NCBI GenBank assembly: GCA_030390025.1
Contig: CM059432.1
Coordinates: 125,986,001 to 126,050,000 of the forward strand
Reading direction: 5' to 3'
DNA length: 64,000 bases
DNA from: Squalus acanthias
Lineage: Eukaryota
The position numbers and the translations under genes are program-made. The stretch's first letter is position 1. Each line of letters opens with the position of its first letter. The notes under the pieces are model-generated. The model saw only the letters and a program-made list of their open reading frames with translations. It ran no database searches and was not told the DNA's origin. Below, piece by piece: positions 26,067 to 39,038 of the stretch.

Positions 26067-26670
26067 CTTTAATGGGGTGGCGGGCGGGTGGAGAGGAGGA
26101 GTAAAAAGTTATCTAAACCCAAAGTTCATCTTTGATCCTCAGTAGCATTACCTACACTTGTCATTAAGCTTGAATATGTTTAGGGATGGGAATGTTTCTT
26201 TTTATATTTTCAAAGATTAAAAGATAACTTTAAAAAAAATCATCATTTGTGCTTGGTATTGTTAATTGTAGAGATTATATTAATGATATCACTACCTAAC
26301 AATATACATTGGAAGGATTATCTCTTTAATAACTGTTAAAGCAATTAGAACATTGCAACAAATTTTAATAATACCACAGCCATATAAAGACACTGAGGAA
26401 GAGAATTTAGTGTGAAATTTCCTGCTGGCGCCACCTGGGAGTGGTGCGACCAGCGGTAACCTGAGCTCAGCTCTACCTGCAGGACTTAATAGCTCTACCT
26501 GCAGGTGTTCAGTTTAATACCTGTTTCCAGGCTAGCAGCTGCTGCTGAGGCCCAAACAGGAGCAGGCTGGTCTTTAATAGGTGGCTCTCCTCAATTTCAC
26601 CATTTGTGGTCAGGGCTAATAACTGGGGAAATAAAGGTGGTAACCATGGTAACTAATGTCACCTCTTTGT

Positions 26671-27140
26671 GTCAGCTGTGGCTCAGTGGGTAGCACTCTC
26701 TCCTCTGAATCAGAAGGTTGTGGGTTCAAGTCCCACTCCAGAGACTTGAGCACAAAAATCTAGGCTGACACTCCAGTGCAGTGCTGAGGGAGTGCTGCAC
26801 TGTCAGAGGTGCCGTCTTTTGGATGAGACGTTAAACCGAGGTCCCGTCTGCTCTCTCTCAGGTGGACGTAAAAGATCCCATGGCACTATTTCAAAGAAGA
26901 GCAGGGGAGTTATCCCCAGTGTCCTGGGCAATATTTATCCCTCAATCAACATAACAAAAGCAGATTATCTGGTCATTATCACATTGCTGTTTGTGAGAGC
27001 TTGCTGTGCGCAAATTGGCTGCCGTGTTTCCTACATTACAACAGCGACTACACTCCAAAAGTACTTCATTGGCTGTAAAGCGCTTTGGGACGTCCGGTGG
27101 TCGTGAAAGGCACTGTATAAATGCAAGTTTTTCTTTCTTT
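26671..27140 (+). mobile_element. SacSINE1-like DeuSINE, full length
   Basis: TGGCTCAGTGG A-box, GGTTCAAGTCC B-box, GGATGAGACGTTAAACCGAGG...AAAGATCCCATGGCACT core, L2-like tail. Confidence 0.93.
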
Positions 27141-27255
27141 GTGTACCACTTAGCAATGAATATGGGTCGCAACCCTGTCCTCTACTTCACGTGTACAATT
27201 GCTACACTACGGGTTGCAAATAATTTATTGCAAATAAAGTAAACTGAAAACTTAC

Positions 27256-27285
27256 CAAATGGTAGCATTTTCCCCCACTGTCCAC
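27256..27285 (-). other. Candidate 30-bp exon
   Basis: tttcatttgtctgctgcag|G acceptor and TG|gtaagt donor. Confidence 0.35.
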
Positions 27286-27416
27286 CTGCAGCAGACAAAT
27301 GAAATTGTCACAGTTATAATGTGTGTATGGCACAAATTTAGGTTTTGCTCCATCTACAGGAATTTGAGTTGTTGTGGCATCTCAGTACTAACTTTTTCAG
27401 TCCTATTTTGCACAGT

Positions 27417-27876
27417 ATCAGACTTGGCTCGGTGGTAGCACTCTCATCTCTGTGTCAGAAGGTCATGGATTTAAGTCCTAAAACCAGGGACTTGAGCACC
27501 TGATCTAGGCTGAGATTTTAGTGCAATACTGAGAGTGCTGCATTGGTGGAGTTGCTGTCTTTCAGATCAGATGTTAATCCAAAGGCCCCATCCACCATCT
27601 CAGGTGGATGCAAAAGACCCCATGGAAAGTTTTGAAAAAGAGCAGGGGAGTTTTCTGGTGTCCTGGCCAACATTTATCCCTCTACTAACATCACTAAAAC
27701 AGATTATCTGGTCATTTATCTCATTGATGTTTGTGAGACCTTGCTGTGCGCAAATTGGCTGCCATGTTTCCTACGATTTTAACAGCGACTACACTTCAAT
27801 AGTACCTCATTGGCTGTGAAGCACTTTGGGACGTTTTGCAGATCTGAAAGATACTCGACAAATGCAAGTTCTTTCT
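27417..27876 (+). mobile_element. SacSINE1-like DeuSINE, diverged
   Basis: Colinear with 26671-27140. Confidence 0.88.
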
Positions 27877-28400
27877 GTCGACAGTATAACTGCTGTTACC
27901 TGCCTGAGGATTGACACCTGTGAATCTCAGGGGAGCAACAAGAAAAGGAATATAAATTATTGAGGCAAATACGTCATTAGATTTTTAGATTGTGGTTCCT
28001 TTTTTTGTAATAAGAATCTTTAAATTGCATAGACGGGGAATTTTGTAGCTAAAGGCATGGAAATATCAACGGTCTTCTTTGCAAATCAAGCAAATTTTCA
28101 GAATAGCAGCACAATTCTCAAAACCAAAAACCTTGACGTATGCTTACATTGTGTAATAGGGTTTGAACTGATCGTGGGAAAAGGAAGTTCACTAATGAAT
28201 GAGTTCATATTTAGGTAGGTAAGAGTGAGTCATGCAGACCTACCTGTGCCAGAATAAAACCAGTTTGACAGAATTAAGCTAAACTGTCTTCAAATGACTG
28301 CACTGAGGATTTACCAATTCGCACTTAACCTTTCAAGGACTGAATTTCCTTCAGACTTTTTTGTGCTTCTTAATCATCTGCTACTTTAAGAATGGTAGAG

Positions 28401-28677
28401 AAAAAGAAGAAAGACTGGGATTTATATGGTGTCTTTCACGACCTCAGGACGTCCCAAAGCGCTTTACAGCCAATTAAGTATTTTTGAAGTCACTGCTGTA
28501 ATGTAGGAAACGCGGCAGCCAATTTGCGCACAGCAAGCTCCCACAAACAGCAATGTGATAATAACCAGATAATCTGTTTTTTAGTGATGTTGATTGAGGG
28601 ATAAATATTGGTCAGGACACCAGGGATAACTCCCCTGCTTTTCTTTGAAATAGTGCCATGGGATCTTTTATGTCCAC
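28401..28677 (-). mobile_element. SacSINE1-like DeuSINE, 3' half
   Basis: Reverse complement of the core and tail. Confidence 0.88.
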
Positions 28678-28731
28678 TGTTTGTGTCAGTATGTGTGGGG
28701 AGAACAGAGACGGAGACAGAGCACAGATAGC

Positions 28732-29315
28732 GGGGGCAAAATTGGACCTCGTTGCACCCATTTTCAGGCGCAAAACGGGGGCAAAAAGGTCCAATTTCAC
28801 AGGGCTAGTTCCTGCACCACTAGGATGCCTGAAAGATGTCCAACGCCATTTTTGGTCAGATGATATTCAGGCATCCCTAGCGGCCACCTAAACCAGGCGT
28901 TTAAGGACCTCTGCCGGAAATTCTTCGGCGATCAGGTTTGCTCCACTCAGGTGTTTCTGGTCTAGATGTGGCCTAACTAGCGACCCTTAATGGGTCTTAA
29001 TATGGAGCCATGAGGAACCTAGAGTGCTCATTCTGGCTCCACAGCACTATTGCAGGCTACTGCCAACTTGCGTTCACTCCCTACCATTCTCCTCCCCCCC
29101 CCCCAGCACCTACCTGAGGGCCTATTCCTGCAAGGCAGCCAGCCTAAATTGATCCTGATGCAACCAGCACACTACCTCTGGAGGCCCAACAGATGCCCTC
29201 AGCTCGCCAATAAGGTTAAGATGAGGCCTCAGGCCCAAAATGGGACGAACCACAGGCCTCTCGGTTTGGGCATCAACTTCACACCTGAAACTGCGCTTAA
29301 TCCAATTTCTCCCCC
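28732..29315. mobile_element. Harbinger-type MITE (~584 bp)
   Basis: TIRs GGGGGCAAAATTGGA / TCCAATTTCTCCCCC; TSD imperfect (AGC/AGA). Confidence 0.65.
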
Positions 29316-29346
29316 AGAGAGACAGATCAGTGATACCAATAACTTA

Positions 29347-32300
29347 GGTTGTGATTTTGCCAACCGAGGCGGGTTCGGTGTCGCGGTCCCAGCCCGCTGC
29401 CTACTGCAGCCCGCATTCTCCAAGCAATTTTTCATTAATAGGGCTTGTTAAGCCCGCCCTGCGAGGTTCCCAGCCAATTAATAGGAAGCGGGTCTGATTA
29501 CATCATTTGATGACGCGTCATCAGCCGGTTTCCTTAAAGGGGCCATGTCTAAATTGACCTTGACAGTTGTGCTGTCAGTGTTCTGCAGCATTGAGGTGCT
29601 GTAAACACTGATGAGCACTGCACAAAGGTGTGCGGCTGCACCCAGGCTCTCCAACGATGACTCCCTCCATATTCTTAAGGAGGGAGTCATAGCATGCAGG
29701 GAGGTTCTCTTCCCTTCCCATGGGTGGAAGAGACCTCCCCAGGAGATCAACGCAGCCTGGTTGCACATTGCACAGGAGGGCAGAAGCAGGGACGTCGTAA
29801 GGAGGACCAGGCTGCAGTGGCGCAAACCTTTCAATGATCTGAGAAGATCATGAAACGTTACTGTCAAGCCACACTCAACCTCATCCTGCTGTGCCACTCA
29901 TCACATCCACATCACTCTGCCTTCCCTACCCTACTCTTGCACATCTTTACTCACACCAACTTAACTTGCACCTCCACCCATCCCTCTCTATCTACATTAT
30001 CACTTCTCCATCTCACTAGCCACCCCTCACACTCACCATCAACCTACTGCAAGCATACGAACTAACAACACACAAGGGTAGGCACCTGGGTGGTTTAGCC
30101 AATGTTCACGTGAAGTTTCTGTTAATGTGTTGTCAAACATTGAAATCTATATTTTCAACATTTTACCTTATTGGACAGATCTGTGCTCACCTTTGGAAAT
30201 ATCTTAGTGAGTTCCAGTAAATATTAACTCCCCCCACCCCCACCCCAATTGTGATGAGTGTGAAAGGAATGGCTTGGAAATTGTAAGGATGCATTATGGT
30301 GCTTAGCATAGAAGCATAGAAGATAGGAGCAGGTGTAGGCCATTCGTCCCCTCGAGCCTGCTCCACCATTTAATGAGATCATGGCTGATCATCCAAATTC
30401 AGTACCCTGTCCCTGCTTTCTCCCCATATCCCTTGATCCCTTTAGCCTTAAGAAATATATCTATCTCCTTCTTGAATATATTTAATGAATTGGCCTCAAC
30501 TGCCTTCTGTGGTAGAGAATTCCACAGGTTCACCACTCTCTGGGTGAAGAAATTCCTCCTCATCTCAGTCCTAAATGGCTTACCCCTTATCCTTAGACTG
30601 TGACCCCTGGTTCTGGACTCCCCCCGCCATCGGAAACATCCTTCCTGCATCTAGTCTGTCTAGTCCTGTTAGAATGTTATAAGTTTCAATAAGATCCCCT
30701 CTCATTCTTCTAAACTCTAGCGAATATAAGCCTAATCGACCCAATCTCTCTTCATACGTCATTCCTGCCATCCCAGGTATCAGTCTATAAATCTTCGCTG
30801 CACTCCCTCCATGGCAAGAACATCCTTCCTCAGATAAGGCGACCAAAACTGCACACAATACTCAAGGTGTGGTCTCACCAAGGCCTTGTACAACTGCAGC
30901 AAGACACCCTTGCTCCTGTACTCGAATCCTCTCGCTATGAAGGCCAACATATCATTTGCCTTCTTAACCGCCTGCTGCACCTGCATGCTTACCTTCAGCG
31001 ACTGGTACACAAGGACTCCCAGATCTCATTGCACTTCCCCTTTTCCCAATCTATTGCCGTTCAGATAATAATCTGTCTTCCTGTTTTTGCCACCAAAGTG
31101 GATAACCTCGCATTTATCCACATTATACTGCATCTGCCATGCATCTGCCCAATCATTCAACCTGTCCAAATCATACTGGAGTTTCTCTGCATCCTCCTCA
31201 CAGCACACACGCCCACCCAGCTTTGTGTCGTCTGCAAACTTAGAGATATTACATATAGTTCCCTCGTCTAAATCATTAATATATATTGTGAATAGCTGGG
31301 GTCCTAGCACCGATCCCTGCGGTACCCCACTAGTCACTGCCTGCCACTCGGAAAAAGACCCGTTTATTCCAACTCTTTGCTTCCTGTCTGCCAACCAGTT
31401 CTCTATCCAAATCAGTACCTTACCCCCAATCCCATGTGCTTTAACTTTGCACGCTAATCTCTTATGCGGGACCTTATCGAAAGCCTTCTGAAAGTCCAAA
31501 TACACCACATCCACTGGTTCTCCCTTATCTATTCTACCAGTTACATCCTCAAAAAATTCCAGTAGATTAGTCAGGCATGATTTACCTTTTGTAAATCCAT
31601 GTTGACTTTGTCCGATCCTGTCACTGTTTTCCAAGTGCTCTGCTATTACATCTTTTATAATGGACTCTAGCATTTTCCCCACTACCGATGTCAGGCTTAC
31701 CGGTCGATAATTCCCCGTTTTTTCTCTACCACCTTTTTTAAACAGTGGGGTTACATTAGCTACCCTCCAATCCATGGGAACTGTTCCAGAGTCTATAGAA
31801 TTTTGGAAGATGACCAGCAATGCATCTACTATTTCTAGGGCCACTTCCTTAAGTACCCTAGGATGTAGATTATCAGGCCCTGGGGATTTATCGGCCTTCA
31901 ATCCCGTCAATTTCCCTAACACCATTTCCCTACAAATACTGATTTCATTCAATTCCTCCCTCTCATTAGACCCTATGTTCCCCGACATCTCTGGGAGTTT
32001 ATTTGTGTCCTCCTTTGTGAAGACAGAACCAAAGTATGTATTTAATTGGTCTGCCATTTCTTTGTTCCCCATTATAAATTTCCCTGATTCTGACTGCAAG
32101 GGACCTACGCTTGACTTCACCAATCTTTTTCTCTTCACATATCTATAGAAGCTTTTACAGTCAGTTTTTATGTGCCCAGCAAGCTTACTCTCATATTCTA
32201 TTTTCCCCCTCTTAATTAATCCCTTTGTCCTCCTTTGCTGGTGTGGGGTGGTGTCAACCTGGTCCATCATGTGGCAGCCAGGGTGTACAGCGTCAAGTGA

Positions 32301-33059
32301 AGTAAATCTGGCCATGGTGATGCCATCACTGGCCTCCCGGGCAGCAATGTGCTCAGGTGCTGATGCCCTGTGTCCTGTGCAGCATCAGGTCATTGCGGAG
32401 AAGGTTGGTATTGTTGTTGGTGATGTTGGTGTGCTTGGTGATGTTGGTGTTGGGGCTGATCGTGGACGGATTCGGAGGACCAAGGTGAGATTTTTTCAAG
32501 GGCACCGATGTTGCTAGAATAGATAGCAGCTGAAGTTGAGATGACAGAAGCGATCTGTTAATGGTGAGAGAGCTTGCTTCAAGGAGGTGACAGTGGATAG
32601 AGAGTTTACTCCAAACACTTCCAAACTGCATAAAGCTCAAAAGTGTCTTCCAAGTCCTGAAGGTTCAAGCTTCTGACATTGGAAAGTGAACAGCTGTGAA
32701 ATGGTAGCTTTCATACCACTTTTGCAGCTGTCACCTATTCACAGCAATGGGGAGACATTGAAAACCCGACCTACTTACCTGACGTGATCTCCGAACAACG
32801 TGAAGCCCGTTAAAAAAGTGGTAAAATAGAAATAGGCTGGCAAAATAGTAGTTAACAAGCATTTAACAAGCACTTAACTATCTTAAATGCCTCCCCCGCC
32901 GCTTGGTGTCGGGTCTGTTCTGAAATCGCAGACCCGACACTTTAGAAACTTACATGGAGGCGGGTTCGCAGCGGGTTCCCAACCCGCTGTCAATCATTTT
33001 GATTTTGACAGCGGACCCGCCTCCGAACCCGCCCTCTGAGCGCCGGCAAAATCGCAGGC
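29347..33059 (+). mobile_element. Non-autonomous Harbinger with Myb exon 1 (29611-29853), interrupted by CR1
   Basis: Termini GGTTGTGATTTTGCC / GGCAAAATCGCAGGC; AAPRLSNDDSL...AAWLHIAQE...QWRKPFNDLRRS; right end homologous to 19605-20000. Confidence 0.82.
30305..32237 (-). mobile_element. 5'-truncated CR1 LINE (RT domain), few disablements
   Basis: ORF 31026-32315 with KSPGPD, DFQKAFDKVPH, GVPQGS and FADD; one stop and one frameshift downstream; (TTCTATGC)n tail. Confidence 0.95.
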
Positions 33060-33761
33060 AAAGAGAGAGAGAGCCAATGGCTGTTGTGATTAGTGGAGCC
33101 ATACAGTCCAGAATGGTTCCAGGTTGGATCCTGATCTGTGCTGAGTTAGCTGATCTCGGCTGGAGTGCCAGTAATGAGTGATTGGAGTGGGGATCCTCGG
33201 TCAGATAACTGTGCTGGTGGGTGGTCTGCATCCTTAGTGCTGACCTGCTTCTTTCTTCTCTCAGGCTTCAGAGCCTCTGGAGCCTGCTCTACTTGGCAAT
33301 TTTTTCGTGTTTCCTTTTCTATCTGTATCACCCCTCACCCTAAGCTATTCACACATTCTCTATGTCTCATCAATGTCTTTAATTTCTCTTACAGTGCAAT
33401 CGATAATATTGCTTCAGCCATTTAATTATCTCCTGTTTCCCATGTAAGCATTTAACAGATATTTCTATTTCTCCTACGCGTGTGTGCGTGTGTTTGCCTT
33501 CCCTTCCCTTTGTTCTGTTCTTTTTTAAATGCTGTTCACCTGTACTATCTTCCAAGTTGAGTGTTTCCAACATTTTCTATTGTTGGCAGCAATGAGTGAC
33601 TGATCTTTGTTCATATCTGCCTCTTCTTAGGAGATTGTATTTTTTAGCAGGTGCAACAGATAAAACAATATTGGCTTCTCAAATTTCTTCTGCTCGACCC
33701 AACCCTAGATTTGACCCCTGATGCAGTTTTTGTTTGAATTGCTGCAAATTTAATACAAAGA

Positions 33762-34203
33762 AGGAAAGATCAAGAACTGGCATTTATATAGCACTTATCA
33801 TGACCTCAGGATACCCCAAAGCGCTTCACAGCCAATGAAGTGTAGTCACTGTTGTAATGTAGGGAACCGCAACAGCCAATTTGTGCACAGCAACATCCCA
33901 CAAACTGCATTGAGATAAATGAGTAGATAAACCATTTTTGATGAAGGATAAATGTTGACCAGGAGACCTCCCCTGCACTTCTTCAAATAGTGCAATGGAA
34001 TCTTTTATGTTCACCACCAAGGGCAGACAGAGCCTCTGTTTAACATCTCATCTGAAAGATGGCACCTCTGACAGTGCAGCGCTTTCTCAGTACAACACCG
34101 AAGTATCAGCCTAAATTTTGTGCTCAAGTCTGTGGAGTGGGACTTGAACCTACAACGTTCTGACTCAGAGACAAGAGAGCTACCACTGAGCCAAGGCTGA
34201 CAC
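33762..34203 (-). mobile_element. SacSINE1-like DeuSINE, diverged
   Basis: Colinear reverse complement of the family sequence. Confidence 0.85.
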
Positions 34204-34214
34204 CCAGTTTAATT

Positions 34215-34830
34215 ATTTTGTCAACCCTCTCCTCAAAAATCCTATCCTCAACCATTTCATCCTCACTAATTATCATCCCATCTCCGATCTCCCTTTCCTC
34301 TCCAAGATCTTTGAACATGCTGTCAACTCCATTTCCATGCCCATTTTCCCCACAACTGCTACTTGAATCCCTCCATAGAATCATAGAATGATACAGCACA
34401 GAAGGAGGCCATTCGGCCCATCGTACCTGTGCCAGCTCCTTGGAAGAGCTAGCCAATTAATCCCAGTCCCCTCCACTCAAGTTTTCAGTCATCCCACAGC
34501 ACTCCTTCATTATCCCGCTCTGTAGGACTGCCCTCTCAGTTCCATTCTTCCCTAGCTGATCATAACCAGAGCATCTCTAGCAATGGCTTCTCTTTCTACC
34601 CCTGCAGTGTCACCTCGGGAGTTCACTGAGGGATCCTGGTCCCTCCTCTTGCTCATCTATATGCTGCCCTTTAGTAACATCATCCACAGACATGGAGCTA
34701 GTATGTATGCTAATGACACCCAGCGCTATCTCCACAACATATCTTGACCCCTCCACAGCCTCTGTGGTTTCATACTGCTTGTCTGAGTCTTGGATGAACC
34801 ACAATTTCCTCCAGCTAAGCACTGTGAATT
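34215..34830 (+). mobile_element. L2 LINE RT fragment with a CR1 3'-tail (minus, ~34376-34470) inserted
   Basis: Homologous to 60360-61080; the tail (CATAGAAT)n ACAGCACAGAAGGAGGCCATTCGGCCC is CR1-type. Confidence 0.7.
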
Positions 34831-34849
34831 CATGAAACCTAAATTCAAT

Positions 34850-35797
34850 AACAGGAATGAAAGAAAAGTGGCCAACTGCAGTGCAACTGCTAGAATGCTC
34901 CTTTCGCCTGTCTCTAAACAGCCATTTAACTGGGATAACTGCTGGAAAGTCTGACATTCTAACGGAAGAGAATATAAGAAGCACTATCATTTTGTAAATT
35001 TAATAAAACACTATCACCGTGTAAATGAAGAAGCACTATCATTTTGTAAATTAAAAACACTATCACCGTGTAAATAAAGAAGCACTATCATTTTATAAGT
35101 ACAGCTATTATGCCCTGTGCCGTTGGCAAGATTTTCATGAAATGTGGTGCTGACACCTGATTCTTTTTCAATACGGTATCATCATACCCACGCTAATCTT
35201 CATTGTAACATAACATTGCAAATATCAGAATGAAATCTAATTGGTTCCAAGTACATCAATATACAACAAGCAAAAAGCTCCAGTTAGATAACGTGGGTCT
35301 TAAATTATGAGGATGATGCAATGTCTAAAATTCCTTTATTCTTGGAAAACTTGTCAAATTGTACGCTTCTACCAAGAATCTGTCTGAAATGACTGACCCT
35401 TACAATGCCTGTGAAACGTCTGTCTGAAACGGAGACTGATAATAGCCATAATGTAGTTCACCTCCATTAAAGAAACGAGTTAAAGTCTTCCGTCACAAAA
35501 GAAACACCTTATTGAATTACAAGATGTATTGACATTGGAAACACAAAGAAGAACTGGATTACAAATGGAAGCATTGAATTAGTTTGTTGTGAACAACGTG
35601 CATATCGTGTACATGCTTGAACACCACCCAAATTGTGGGAAGCCACAATACCGTCATACAAGTCTCATTACCGTCCGGGACCAGTCCAGTTTCTTTAGAT
35701 CACAAATCTTTAAAAGTTGTGCCCACTATTTTCAAGAGTGCTTCTGGGCAAACTGCTGTTGCAATGTGGAAATTTCATTTGCACATTTAAAAATAAT
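34850..35797 (+). mobile_element. Degenerate hAT transposase relic, including a ~50-bp x2.5 tandem repeat at 34976-35098
   Basis: CNVEISFAHLKI resembles the ERSFS motif of the hAT dimerisation domain; the rest is heavily disrupted. Confidence 0.4.
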
Positions 35798-36498
35798 GGC
35801 CTGTATTTTCCGATGCCTACGGGAGTGTACGAGTTGTGTACACACCGTAGGGACATCGGAAATGCTCTTGACAGATCGGACGCCTGCCCTAGAGAAGGGC
35901 CTCTGCGGGTGGAGAGTTCCGCTCTCTGCAGAACCTTCGCCCGCTGAAAACCCTTAGAAATCTTAACCTGGTAAAAGCAGGTGTAAGGCCTGCTTTTACC
36001 AGCATAAGAGTTGAAAAAAAGTTTTTAAAAATTTTAAAAATTTCACTCACTTATAATTTTAAAGGACTTTTAAAAAAGGTAAGTTTATTTTTAGCCCCAT
36101 AAAAAACTTTAAATACTTTTTTCAAAAAATTAAATTTTTGTTTAAAATATTTAATTTAATGTAATTTTAACTCATTTTAAAAACGTGATTTTAAAAAAAA
36201 ATTATTTAATGTTTTAGTGTCTTTTTGGGGTGATCTCCATTCATATATTTGACAGGTCTATCTGTCAAAAGTATGAAGGAAGATTCCCTTCTCCTATTGG
36301 CTGGCCTGGCCCACGTGATCCCAGGGATGCTTGCGAACTGCCTGCGCCCCTGGGATACGTGGGCCCTGCGCATTTTGACTGTGGAGGGGCCCAGGAGCGG
36401 AAGTGCCTGGTCCGCGGGAGCCCTCAGGTAAGTTTGTAGATTTATTTTCGATAGGAGGCATCCGCACGCAGGAAGCCTCCGATCGGAAATTACGGGCC
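35798..36498 (+). mobile_element. Harbinger-type MITE (701 bp), hairpin family
   Basis: 17-bp TIRs GGCCTGTATTTTCCGAT / ATCGGAAATTACGGGCC; flanks AAT / AGT; AT core; stem at 36240-36277. Confidence 0.85.
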
Positions 36499-36607
36499 AG
36501 TACGATTGCAGTCAACTTGTTATGTGGATTGTGTAAATCACATAACGGTGTTTTGGCATGGTCACTACCCATTTGCATTCATTTTATTTCTTTTAACTTT
36601 GAAGTTT

Positions 36608-36829
36608 TATGGAGACCAGAACTGCACACAGTATTCTAAGTGTGGTCTAACCAAGGTTCTGTACAAGTTTAACTTAACTTCTCTTCTTTTCAATTCTATT
36701 CTTCCAGAAGTGAACCCCAGTGCTTGCTTTCCATTTTTTAATGGCCTTGTTAAGCTGTGTTGCTATTTTTAATGATTTTTGAATCTGTGCCCCTAGATCC
36801 CTTTGCTCCTCTGCCCCATTTAGACTCTC
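36608..36829 (-). mobile_element. CR1 RT internal fragment
   Basis: GACCAGAACTGCACACAGTATTCTAAGTGTGGTCTAACCAAGG encodes [14 protein letters not shown] on the minus strand. Confidence 0.8.
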
Positions 36830-36831
36830 GT

Positions 36832-37280
36832 GGGGTCATTTTACCCCCCAAAAATGGGTGGGTTTGGGTCAGGTGGGATATAAAAATCTCTAACCTGAAC
36901 CCAACCCGCTTCGAAACCGCCCACTTCCGGTTTTAACGGAGGCGGGACGGTGGGCGGGCGACCAACCTGCTCCCAGGAGGCGGGTCTCTCATTTAAATAT
37001 TATAATGAGGCTGTGTGCCTCAGATTTTATCTCTCTTCCAGCTTTAACGCTGGTCGGCCGGGTTTCCCGGGTCTCGGGAAATTCAGCAGCTAAAGGGAGG
37101 CGAGCACTGCTGGATGGAAGAGTCCAATGCTTTTCCAGCAGTGCTTGTGGGCCAGGAGGAGCAGGAGTGCTTCCCCCCGGATCCCCAAGCTAACCTGCTT
37201 CCCTTCCCACGATTGGACCCACACCCCGCAATCACCGACCCCTTCCTGCAATCATTGAACCCCCCACGACCTCCGACTTT
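36832..37280 (+). mobile_element. Harbinger-MITE terminal fragment, inverted relative to 41180-41599
   Basis: CTCCCAGGAGG...ATTTAAATATTATAATGAGGCTG is the reverse complement of 41395-41440. Confidence 0.7.
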
Positions 37281-39038
37281 CAAAAAGAGAATTTCTGAAA
37301 AGTCCACTCCATAATAACTTACACTATTTCCCCTCAATATTCTCTCCTCTTCTCAAGGTGCTGACTCTTACTGGGGTGTAATCCACTTTTGGAGTCTTCA
37401 CGTACTTCACACAGGTGGCCATTCTTTAAATGTGAGTTTAGATGTGAACATCAGCAATCTATTGGACCGTTGAGGGCAACACAGCCAAGCCTGATCCTGT
37501 CCTTGTTGGACATCCATCCAACAGAGGTTATTGCTCAATATGTAACTCGGCCACACTGATTAGCGAAATTCACTGTGTGATCTGTGTTGAGCTAGTTGAT
37601 CTCAGCCATGACAGCTTTAGGGACTAAAACATCACTGATAGGGCCGGGGGGGGGGGGGGGAATAATCAGGTAGGAATGCCGATAGCGGAAAAAACCCAGC
37701 TAGGATTCCCAGACCTGTCCTGACAGTTTTCTGGTGGATCTGGGGTGGACTGGGGCTAGAAATGTGCTGGGAGCATGCTCTACCATGTCCCGGCCTCCTC
37801 CGGTTTCTGGAGAGCGGACCTGGTGGCCGAAAGCAAGCCCGCCCGTATGTGCATCCACATTGAAATGAAATTAAAATGAGGGAAACATGGCTTCCGCTAT
37901 GTTTCTTGCCATCAGCCCTGTCAGGTCCTGATGTGCAGTGTTTTAAGGTCGGCTGGGTGTCTCGCTGGTTCAGTTGAGGAGGGGCCAGTGCAAACGCTGT
38001 CAGAGTGCGACCATGCACAGGCTCCATCAGCAAGAGGAAATATTTTGCAGCAAGAAAAATAGTTTTCTCCAGGCAGCTCGGCGGCTGACTTCTTCCACCA
38101 GCGGCTGGCCGCTGGCCGCGGTCTCTGCCCCCACTCTGGCCTCACTCCCCAGTGGGGGGCCAGGGACCCCAGCTCCTTGCATGCCAGCTCCTGGATATCC
38201 AGCCGTCAGCAGGTCATCTCCGGGGTGGGATTAAATCCCGCCCTGTCACAGAGATGTCTCCCAGTTGGAAAGCCAAAGCCTGACATATGAGGAATGTTAC
38301 TTGGCAAGGTACTGGAAGTCCTGAAATCCTATCCCAGCACCTTCAGGAGAGGAGCAGTGAAAATCAGAGGCAGGGAGGAATGAAAAATAAAAGAATAGTT
38401 GCAGTGGAGAGAATCTTTCTTAAAGTTCAAGCAAACCTTCTCCTTATTATTTATAAAATGAGAGTACATGATAAAAAAATGGCTAATGCTGCTCCGTAAT
38501 CAGCCGATAGGAGGAACATTGATAGTGGGGGAATGATAGGCGATAGGACTGTATTCTGCTCTCCTTAATCTTTGGCTCTTCTAAGCCTAAGCCAATTATT
38601 CAGTTGAAGTTTATCACAATTGAAGATGTGTCAGCTAGCTCCAGCCAAAGTAGTGTAGACAGTCGCTAATACTGCCATTCTTTTGTTGTTTGAACAAAGA
38701 ATTCACTTATTTTCATAAGACTGTATTTTTCAGGTAACTACTGGAGGGCAGATCTGATAACAGAATGCCTCAAATTGAAATACAGGTATATGCATTTTAA
38801 ACTCTGTTTCTTTTTCATAAATGTTATCAGATCTGCCCACACCTCAAATTGAAAAGTGCAACTGTTAGTTCTGTAGGTCAGTGGTTTGCGATTTTTGCTC
38901 TGTAGAGGACTCCTGCAAAATATTAGCAGGACCTCCTGCCCTAACTCCCAAATGACCGTGTCAGCTACCCAATGGTAGACAGTGCTGTCACTGCAGACAA
39001 TGGTTTTTATTTTAGCAGTGCACAGCAACAGAAATAAT

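Noticed and set aside
26470..26505. 15-bp direct repeat AGCTCTACCTGCAGG with a short spacer
   Set aside because: Ordinary small duplication or repair scar.
31026..32315. 429-aa ORF beginning in Harbinger sequence and fused in frame to CR1 RT
   Set aside because: Chance in-frame junction of a 5'-truncated CR1; it ends at a premature stop and there is no evidence of function.
33395..33443. Plus-strand AG/GT-bounded segments (also ~58527-58596 and 38734-38785)
   Set aside because: No recognisable product or consistent gene model; such matches occur by chance in AT-rich DNA.
34976..35098. Repeats of CACTATCA with spacers, superficially CRISPR-like
   Set aside because: The spacers are themselves repeated (simple ~50-bp tandem duplication); eukaryotic context with no cas genes.
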